From the NCBI RefSeq assembly GCF_009914755.1, contig NC_060947.1: a DNA stretch of 64,000 nt; one strand, given 5' to 3'. Shown here piece after piece: positions 1 through 8,712 of the stretch. The notes under the pieces were generated by a model. It was not told the origin of the DNA. It was given only the letters and a program-made list of their open reading frames with translations, and did no database searches. This DNA comes from the human T2T-CHM13v2.0 reference genome, Homo sapiens. The translations under genes and the position numbers were made by a program. The stretch's first letter is position 1, and every line of letters begins with the position of its first letter.

Positions 1-523
1 CACTCAGGAAATTGGTGGCTCAGAACAGGAAGCTTGTCTCATGTAATCGAATAGTGCTGGAGGAATCCAAAGCCTTCGTGTGCTGCAACATGAAGAGGGA
101 TCTGGAACAGGCCAACGAGAGAACATGTGAAGTACTGAAGAAAATCTGGGGTTCTGCCCAAGGGTTGGACTCCATGTGAAAGGACTTAGAAAGGAAGATG
201 AACGAGTTTCGAGTGTCAGGCTGCACACTGACCACATGGGGATCCGGCTGAGAAGAACACCATTGCTTCCACCTGTCCTTATCCATTCTCACAGCCTGAG
301 ACAAGCTCACTGGTAGCTTATGCTTCCAAGCAGGACTAGGAACATTCACGGTATTTATTCGGGAGTACTGACTCCGGAAAGTACAGGAAGCTTGGACTGC
401 TCGGCGCCATTGGTAGGGTCTTCCGTGGTGCACTTGGCCTTATTTATTTTTTACGACATTTGACAGAGGGCAGAGAGAGAGCAAGCATTAAAACGGCAGA
501 AGCTACTGGAAACGTCGTGAGCA

Positions 524-629
524 ATCTACAGTCATACCACCGTCAACGCTCCCAATCTTGCCTGGTCTCTGAAGTACAGAGTAGATGCAATTGGGCCCAG
601 GTTCGGGCCTGTTTCATTGTTGGATAGAA
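524..629 (+). pseudogene. 3'-truncated 5S rRNA retrocopy (S-unit copy 1)
   Basis: atctacagtcataccaccgtcaacgctcccaatct...gttcgggcctgtttcattgttggatagaa aligns to 5S nt ~1-88, with a 22-nt fold-back insert and a flanking degenerate TSD. Confidence 0.85.
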
Positions 630-1308
630 GGAACTTCCTGAATGCTTTGTTCAGCTTAAGCTGCGTATTGTTGAAGCACTCAATGGCCCAGCCATTCGAC
701 TAGGAGCATCCGTATTGCCTCTTTGTGATATGGTTTAGGCTAATGAAAAGACTTGGTTTCCAACACCCTCTTCTACCTCTGGGCAGATTCCAGATAGCTG
801 ATCTACCATTACGTTTCCGAAATCATGGGACGATCAGCTGCAAGCGAGACGATGCTCAGTGGGTTGAAACTGATCACACAGGAGGCATTTGGCAACGGCC
901 TTCTCTCCCAGCTGTTTGGATCCTGGACCTTCACTCAGGAAATTGGTGGCTCAGATCAAGAAGCTTGTCTCATGTAATCGAATAGTGCTGGAGGAATCCA
1001 ACACCTTGGTGTGCTGCAACATGAAGAGGGATCTAGAACAGGCCAACGAGAGAACATGTGAAGTACTGAAGAAAATCTGGGGTTCTGCCCAAGGGTTGGA
1101 CTCCATGTGAAAGGACTTAGAAAGGAAGATGAATGAGTTTCGAGTGTCAGGCTGCACACTGACCACATCGGGATCCAGCTGAGAAGAACACCATTGCTTC
1201 CGGCTGTCCTTCTTCATTCTCACAGCCTGAAACAAGCTCACTGGTAGCTTATGCTTGTAAGCAGGAGCGGGAACATTCACGCTATTTATTCGGGAGTACT
1301 CTGGATAA

Positions 1309-1384
1309 ATCATCCCATTATTTCGGAAATGTAATGCTAGGTCAGGTATCTGGAATCTTCCTGGAGGTAGAAGAGGGTATTGGA
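1309..1384 (-). repeat. 76-nt inverted copy of the unit's own sequence (also at 3285-3360, 5262-5337, 6307-6382)
   Basis: atcgtcccattatttcggaaatgtaatgctaggtcaggtatctggaatcttcctggaggtagaagagggtattgga (copy at 5262) is the reverse complement of 759-834 with 9 differences in 76 nt. Confidence 0.95.
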
Positions 1385-1567
1385 TGGAAGGAACTTCGTG
1401 AATGCGGTCATTGAACTCCAGAAAGTACACCAACCTTGTACTGCTCAGGGCCTTAGGTAGGGTCTTCTGTGGCGCACTTGACCTTATTTATGTTTTACAA
1501 CGTTTGACAGAGGACAGAAAGAGAGCAAGCATTAAAAGGGCAAAAGCTACCAGAAACATCGTGAACA

Positions 1568-1673
1568 ATCTACAGCCATACCACCGTGAACGCTCCCAAT
1601 CTCGTCTGGCCTCTGAAGTACAGAGTAGAGGAGATTGGGCCCAGGTAGGGGCCTGTTTCATAGTTGGATGGAA
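1568..1673 (+). pseudogene. 3'-truncated 5S rRNA retrocopy (L-unit copy 1)
   Basis: ATCTACAGCCATACCACCGTGAACGCTCCCAATCTCGTCTGGCCTCTGAAG matches 43/51 to human 5S GTCTACGGCCATACCACCCTGAACGCGCCCGATCTCGTCTGATCTCGGAAG. After the insert, CCAGGTAGGGGCCTGTTTCATAGTTGGATGGAA matches 24/33 to 5S nt 56-88. Confidence 0.9.
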
Positions 1674-2499
1674 GGAACTTTGTGAATGCTATCATTTAAC
1701 TTAAGCTGTCTATTACTAAACCAGTCAGCCGCCCAGCCATTCGACTAGGAGCATCCGTATTGCCTCTTTGTGATATGGTTTAGGCTAATGAAAAGACTTG
1801 GTTTCCAACACCCTCTTCTACCTCTGAGCAGATCCCACATAGCTGATCTACCATTACGTTTCCGAAATCATGGGACGACCAGCTGCAAGCGAGACGATGC
1901 TCACTGGGTTGAAACTGATCACTCAGGAGGCAGTTGGCAACGGCCTTCTCTCCCAGCTGTTTGGGTCCTGGACCTTCACTCAGGAAATTGGTGGCTCAGA
2001 TCAAGAAGCTTGTCTCATGTAATCGAATAGTGCTGGAGGAATCCAAAGCCTTGGTGTGCTGCAACATGAAGAGGCATCTGGAACAGGCCAACGAGAGAAC
2101 ATGTGAAGTACTGAAGAAAATCTGGGGTTCTGCCCAAGGGTTGGACTCCATGGGAAAGGACTTAGAAAGGAAGATGAATGAGTTTCGAGTGTCAGGCTGC
2201 ACACTGACCACATCGGGTTCCGGCTGAGAAGAACACCATTGCTTCCATCTGTCCTTATCCATTCTCACAGCCTGAAACAAGCTCACTGGTAGCTTATGCT
2301 TGCAAGCAGGACTGGGAACATTCAGGCTATTTATTCGGGAGTACTGACTCCAGAAAGTACAGCAACCTTGGACTGCTCAGCGCCATTGGTACGGTCTTCG
2401 GTGGTGCACTTGGCCTTATTTATTTTTTACGACATTTGACAGAGGACAGAGAGAGAGCAAGCATTAAAACGGCAGAAGCTACTGGAAACGTCGTGAACA

Positions 2500-2605
2500 A
2501 TCTACAGTCATACCACCGTGAACGCTCCCAATCTTGTCTGGTCTCTGAAGTACAGAGTAGATGTGATTGGGTCCAGGTTCGGGCCTGTTTCATTGTTGGA
2601 TAGAA
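2500..2605 (+). pseudogene. 3'-truncated 5S rRNA retrocopy (S-unit copy 2)
   Basis: Same element as 524-629, one 1976-bp dimer period downstream. Confidence 0.85.
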
Positions 2606-3543
2606 GGAACTTTCTGAATGCTTTGTTCCGCTTAAGCTGCGTATTGTTGAAGCACTCAATGGCCCAGCCATTCGACTAGGAGCATCCGTATTGCCTCTTT
2701 GTGATATGGTTTAGGCTAATGAAAAGACTTGGTTTCCAACACCCTCTTCTACCTCTGGGCAGATTCCAGATAGCTGATCTACCATTACGTTTCCGAAATC
2801 ATGGGACGATCAGCTGCAAGCGAGACGATGCTCAGTGGGTTGAAACTGATCACACAGGAGGCATTTGGCAACGGCTTTCTCTCCCAGCTGTTTGGATCCT
2901 GGACCTTCACTCAGGAAATTGGTGGCTCAGATCAAGAAGCTTGTCTCATGTAATCGAATAGTGCTGGAGGAATCCAAAGCCTTGGTGTGCTGCAACATGA
3001 AGAGGGATCTGGAACAGGCCAACGAGAGAACATGTGAAGTACTGAAGAAAATCTGGGGTTCTGCCCAAGGGTTGGACTCCATGTGAAAGGATTTAGAAAG
3101 GAAGATGAACGAGTTTCGAGTGTCAGGCTGCACAGTGACCACATCGGGTTCCAGCTGAGAAGAACACCATTGCTTCCGGGTGTCCTTATCCATTCTCACA
3201 GCCTGAAACAAGCTCACTGGTAGCTTATGCTTGTAAGCAGGACCGGGAACATTCACGCTATTTATTCGGGAGTACTCTGGATAAATCGTTCCATTATTTC
3301 GGAAATGTAATGCTAGGTCAGGTATCTGGAATCTTCCTGGAGGTAGAAGAGGGTATTGGATGGAAGGAACTTCGTGAATGCGATCATTGAACTCCAGAAA
3401 GTACACCAAGCTTGTACTGCTCGGGGCCTTAGGTAGGGTCTTCTGTGGCGCACTTGACCTTATTTATGTTTTACAACGTTTGACAGAGGACAGAAAGAGA
3501 GCAAGCATTAAAAGGGCAAAAGCTACCAGAAACATCGTGAACA

Positions 3544-3649
3544 ATCTACAGCCATACCACCGTGAACGCTCCCAATCTCGTCTGGCCTCTGAAGTACAGA
3601 GTAGAGGAGATTGGGCCCAGGTAGGGGCCTGTTTCATAGTTGGATGGAA
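3544..3649 (+). pseudogene. 3'-truncated 5S rRNA retrocopy (L-unit copy 2)
   Basis: Same element as 1568-1673. Confidence 0.9.
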
Positions 3650-4475
3650 GGAACTTTGTGAATGCTATCATTTAACTTAAGCTGTCTATTACTAAACCAG
3701 TCAGCCGCCCAGCCATTCGACTAGGAGCATCCGTATTTCCTCTTTGTGATATGGTTTAGGCTGATGAAAAGACTTGGTTTCCAACACCCTCTTCTACCTC
3801 TGGGCAGATTCCAGATAGCTGATCTACCATTACGTTTCCGAAATCATGGGACGACCAGCTGCAAGTGAGACGATGCTCAGTGGGTTGAAACTGATCACAC
3901 AGGAGGCATTTGGCAACGGCCTTCTCTCCCAGCTGTTTGGATCCTGGACCTTCACTCAGGAAATTGGTGGCTCAGATCAAGAAGCTTGTCTCATGTAATC
4001 GAATAGTGCTGGAGGAATCCAAAGCCTTGGTGTGCTGCAACATGAAGACGGATCTGGAACAGGCCAACGAGAGAACATGTGAAGTACTGAAGAAAATCTG
4101 GGGTTCTGCCCAAGGGTTGGACTCCATGTGAAAGGACTTAGAAAGGAAGATGAACGAGTTTTGAGTGTCAGGCTGCACACTGACCACATCGGGTTCCGGC
4201 TGAGAAGAACACCATTGCTTCCATCTGTCCTTATCCATTCTCACAGCCTGAGACAAGCTCACTGGTAGCTTATGCTTGCAAGCAGGACTGGGAACATTCA
4301 CGCTATTTATTCGGGAGTACTGACTCCAGAAAGTACAGCAACCTTGGACTGCTCAGCGCCATTGGTACGGTCTTCCGTGGTGCACTTGGCCTTATTTATT
4401 TTTTACGACATTTGACAGAGGACAGAGAGAGAGCAAGCATTAAAACGGCAGAAGCTACTGGAAACGTCGTGAACA

Positions 4476-4581
4476 ATCTACAGTCATACCACCGTGAACG
4501 CTCCCAATCTTGTCTGGTCTCTGAAGTACAGAGTAGATGCGATTGGGTCCAGGTTCGGGCCTGTTTCATTGTTGGATAGAA
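4476..4581 (+). pseudogene. 3'-truncated 5S rRNA retrocopy (S-unit copy 3)
   Basis: Same element as 524-629. Confidence 0.85.
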
Positions 4582-5520
4582 GGAACTTCCTGAATGCTAT
4601 TGTTCAGCTTAAGCTGCGTATTGTTGAAGCACTCAATGGCCCAGCCATTCGACTAGGAGCATCCGTATTGCCTCTTTGTGATATGGTTTAGGCTAATGAA
4701 AAGACTTGGTTTCCAACACCCTCTTCTACCTCTGGGCAGATTCCAGATAGCTGATCTACCATTACGTTTCCGAAATCATGGGACGACCAGCTGCAAGTGA
4801 GACGATGCTCAGTGGGTTGAAACTGATCACACAGGAGGCATTTGGCAACGGCCTTCTCTCCCAGCTGTTTGGATCCTGGACCTTCACTCAGGAAATTGGT
4901 GGCTCAGATCAAGAAGCTTGTCTCATGTAATCGAATATTGCTGGAGGAATCCAAAGCCTTGGTGTGCTGCAACATGAAGAGGGATCTGGAACAGGCCAAC
5001 GAGAGAACATGTGAAGTACTGAAGAAAATCTGGGGTTCTGCCCGAGGGTTGGACTCCATGTGAAAGGACTTAGAAAGGAAGATGAACGAGTTTCGAGTGT
5101 CAGGCTGCACACTGACCACACGGGGTTCCGGCTGAGAAGAACACCATTGCTTCCACCTGTCCTTATCCATTCTCACAGCCTGAGACAAGCTCACTGGTAG
5201 CTTATGCTTCCAAGCAGGACTAGGAACATTCACGCTATTTATTCGGGAGTACTCTGGATAAATCGTCCCATTATTTCGGAAATGTAATGCTAGGTCAGGT
5301 ATCTGGAATCTTCCTGGAGGTAGAAGAGGGTATTGGATGGAAGGAACTTCATGAATGCGATCATTGAACTCCAGAAAGTACACCAACCTTGTACCGCTCA
5401 GGGCCTTAGGTAGGGTCTTCTGTGGTGCACTTGACCTTATTTATGTTTTACAACGTTTGTCAGAGGACAGAAAGAGAACAAGCATTAAAAGGGCAAAAGC
5501 TACCAGAAACATCGTGAACA

Positions 5521-5626
5521 ACCTACACCCATACCACTGTGAACGCTCCCAATCTCGTCTGGCCTCTGATGTACAGAGTAGAGGAGATTGGGCCCAGGTA
5601 GGGGCCTGTTTCATAGTTGGATGGAA
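5521..5626 (+). pseudogene. 3'-truncated 5S rRNA retrocopy (L-unit copy 3, more diverged)
   Basis: acctacacccataccactgtgaacgctcccaatctcgtctgg..., a variant of 1568-1673. Confidence 0.87.
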
Positions 5627-6565
5627 GGAACTTTGTGAATGCTATCATTTAACTTAAGCTGTCTATTACTAAAGCAGTCAACAGCCCAGCCGTTCGACTA
5701 GGAGCACCCATATTGCCTCTTTGTGATATGGTTTTGGCTAATGAAAAGACTTGGTTTCCAACACCCTCTTCTACCTCTGGGCAGATTCCAGATAGCTGAT
5801 CTACCATTACGTTTCCGAAATCATGGGACGACCAGCTGCAAGCGAGACGATGCTCAGTGGTTTGAAACTGATCACACAGGAGGCATTTGGCAACGGCCTT
5901 CTCTCCCAGCTGTTTGGATCCTGGACCTTCACTCAGGAAATTGGTGGCTCAGATCAAGAAGCTTGTCTCATGTAATCGAATAGTGCTGGAGGAATCCAAA
6001 GCCTTGGTGTGCTGCAACATGAAGAGGGATCTGGAACAGGCCAACGAGAGAACATGTGAAGTACTGAAGAAAATCTGGGGTTCTGCCCAAGGGTTGGACT
6101 CCATGTGAAAGGACTTAGAAAGGAAGATGAATGAGTTTCGAGTGTCAGGCTGCACACTGACCACATCGGGTTCCAGCTGAGAAGAACACCATTGCTTCCG
6201 GCTGTCCTTATCCATTCTCACAGCCTGAAACAAGCTCACTGGTAGCTTATGCTTGCAAGCAGGACCGAGAACATTCACGCTATTTATTCGGGAGTACTCT
6301 GAATAAATCGTCCCATTATTTCGGAAATGTAATGCTAGGTCAGGTATCTGGAATCTTCCTGGAGGTAGAAGAGGGTATTGGATGGAAGGAACTTCGTGAA
6401 TGCGATCATTGAACTCCAGAAAGTACACCAACCTTGTACTGCTCAGGGCCTTAGGTAGGGTCTTCTGTGGCGCACTTGACCTTATTTATGTTTTACAACG
6501 TTTGACAGAGGACAGAAAGAGAGCAAGCATTAAAAGGGCAAAAGCTACCAGAAACATCGTGAACA

Positions 6566-6671
6566 ATCTACAGCCATACCACCGTGAACGCTCCCAATCT
6601 CGTCTGGCCTCTGAAGTACAGAGTAGAGGAGATTGGGCCCAGGTAGGGGCCTGTTTCATAGTTGAATGGAA
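6566..6671 (+). pseudogene. 3'-truncated 5S rRNA retrocopy (L-unit copy 4)
   Basis: Same element as 1568-1673. Confidence 0.9.
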
Positions 6672-8645
6672 GGAACTTTGTGAATGCTATCATTTAACTT
6701 AAGCTGTCTATTACTAAACCAGTCAGCCGCCCAGCCATTCGACTAGGAGCATCCGTATTGCCTCTTTGTGATATGGTTTAGGCTAATGAAAAGACTTGGT
6801 TTCCAACACCCTCTTCTACCTCTGAGCAGATCCCACATAGCTGATCTACCATTACGTTTCCGAAATCATGGGACGACCAGCTGCAAGCGAGACGATGCTC
6901 AGTGGGTTGAAACTGATCACTCAGGAGGCATTTGGCAACGGCCTTCTCTCCCAGCTGTTTGAGTCCTGGACCTTCACTCAGGAAATTGGTGGCTCAGATC
7001 AAGAAGCTTGTCTCATGTAATCGAATAGTGCTGAAGGAATCCAAAGCCTTGGTGTGCTGCAACATGAAGAGGGATCTGGAACAGGCCAACGAGAGAACAT
7101 GTGAAGTACTGCAGAAAATCTGGGGCTCTGCTCAAGGGTTGGACTCCATGTGAAAGTACTTACACAGGAAGATGAATGAGTTTCGAGTGTCAGGCTGCAC
7201 ACTGACCGCACCGGGTTCCGGCTGAGAAGAACACCATTGCTTCCAGCTGTCCTTATCCATTGTCACAGCCTGAGTCATGCTCGCTGGTAGCTCACGTGTG
7301 GAAGCAGGACTCGGAAAATCCACGCTATGTATTATCGAGTAGTTTGAAAGTACTGTAGCTTTAAAATAAAATAAAATCACTTAAAATAAAATGAAATACT
7401 ACAATGCTTTTCTGTCTAAGCATCAGTATTTTATAGTCATATACACACAACTATAACAGTTTAATGGTGATCACAGGATTGCTCTTAGAAGCTCTAATTT
7501 CTCTTGTCTTTGGCTAGTACTGTATAAAACCAGAAGTGTGTTTTATTGATTTTGGTGACAGAAAAATCTGAAATAATGTTTGTTTTGGTCATGTTTTCCT
7601 TCTAGAACAGAGAATCTAAAGGGGTATTAGCCCGCCTCACCTCCCCTGTCCTACATAGAGACACAGAGTCATCTGAGGCATTGGCTTTTTCTCCAAGTAG
7701 GTACCGATACCTCAGATTCGGGAAATTCCAAATCAAAAATAAGACTTAGCTTCTACAACAAATACTTCTGATGAAACATTCACTGAGGAGCATACTCCTA
7801 AACCAGACATATGTTTAAGATTCATGCTGAGATATCAGTTGGTTTCCCCTTCCTTTTAAAATACATCCAGTTCTTACCCAGTTACTATAAGCAAAGCAAT
7901 GTCTCTAGAAGAAAGCTTTCTTTGCAGTATTAGTGAAGCACTGAATAGCTTAAGTTTGAATATCTAGGTTACAAGTTAGTCTTTGGCGGGTTTTAAATAG
8001 TTTTTTGACCCTTTTGAAATATAACTATATGAGTGCTTCTTGTTGCTGGGTGAGAAATGCTACTTTATATACAGTTTTGGTTTTCGTTTTGCAGATATGA
8101 TTGATGTATTACACCACAATAAAGTATTTTTATGTTTACATAGTGTAATTTTTAGGTTCACTTAGAATACATTTTATTTAATAAATTAAAATTATTTCGG
8201 TACACTATTAAATGCAAAATCTCCTTTCCAAACAAAAAAGAACTACCTTATATTCGTCATTGAATGTTCTTGGTCTGTGCTTTTATGTTTATATAATATG
8301 GTGAATTCAGTATGGTGTCCAAGTGTGCCCTGCGTTGATAGACACGTGCCTTCCTTCCAGGAGTGGGTACTGACTCCAGACTCCAGATCCCTATTTCTAG
8401 TTAGGCTTCTGAGCTTGCAATCATATTGAATGTATGATGAGCAAAATAAAATCAAAACCTTATTTTTGTACATTTTTGAAATATATACTTAGAACTGACC
8501 ACCTCCCTGGCCCCATGGAGAGCTGTATCGTGTGTAAAGCCGCCTTTACCTTGATTCATGCAGTGTTTTTGCATCTGTGGGACCTACCTTTTCGTTCATT
8601 AGTTTGAACTATACATAAACTGTACGATCTGTAAAGTTTTTATAT

Positions 8646-8712
8646 AATAAATATTCACCTGTGAAAACTGGTTAAATAAAACTAATATTTCTTACACACG
8701 CACACACAAAAA
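8646..8712 (+). terminator. Poly(A) signals and decayed poly(A) tail of the CDYL retrocopy
   Basis: AATAAA at 8646 and 8675, followed by ...cttacacacgcacacacaaaaaa. Confidence 0.75.

Larger units (their letters stand above)
1..7350 (+). repeat. Large tandem array (macrosatellite/VNTR) of ~931-bp (S) and ~1045-bp (L) composite units; extends upstream beyond the window
   Basis: The marker cactcaggaaattggtggctcaga recurs at 1, 932, 1977, 2908, 3953, 4885, 5930 and 6975, giving periods 931,1045,931,1045,932,1045,1045. Near-identical ORFs recur in the ORF track with the same periodicity. Confidence 0.98.
1..8712 (+). pseudogene. CDYL: Processed pseudogene of CDYL: C-terminal crotonase-like domain coding region tandemly amplified, plus single-copy 3'UTR and poly(A) remnant
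   Basis: Unit translations LVLLRALGRVFCGALDLIYVLQRLTEDRKR, LNGPAIRLGASVLPLCDMV and SCNRIVLEESKALVCCNMKRDLEQANERTCEVLKKIWGSAQGLDSM*KYLHRKMNEF match the recalled CDYL C-terminus (...LEESKALVRCNMKMELEQANERECEVLKKIWGSAQGMDSMLKYLQRKIDEF*). No introns; stops and frameshifts present; AT-rich 3'UTR ends with AATAAA (8646, 8675) and an A-run at ~8708. The symbol given is the parent gene. Confidence 0.92.

Noticed and set aside
951-1433. 160-aa minus-strand ORF repeated in L units
   Set aside because: Non-ATG start, antisense to the pseudogene, no recognisable domain. Its similarity to the + strand 86-aa ORF is just the 76-nt inversion.
1-7350. Functional 5S rDNA cluster
   Set aside because: The copies are ~15-25% diverged, stop at ~nt 88, have box A interrupted and lack the terminator; the spacer is CDYL-derived rather than the GC-rich 5S spacer.
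1-7350. Y-linked CDY gene copies or an intact chromodomain gene
   Set aside because: In-frame stops and frameshifts, and no chromodomain in the window. The C-terminus (KIWGSAQGLDSM*KYL) and long 3'UTR fit CDYL better than CDY as I recall them.
1-7350. CRISPR-like array or embedded hammerhead ribozyme
   Set aside because: The units are ~1 kb with no unique spacers, in a mammalian context. The ctgatga at ~3761 is a point variant of the CDYL codons gctaatgaa and lacks the stems of a hammerhead core.
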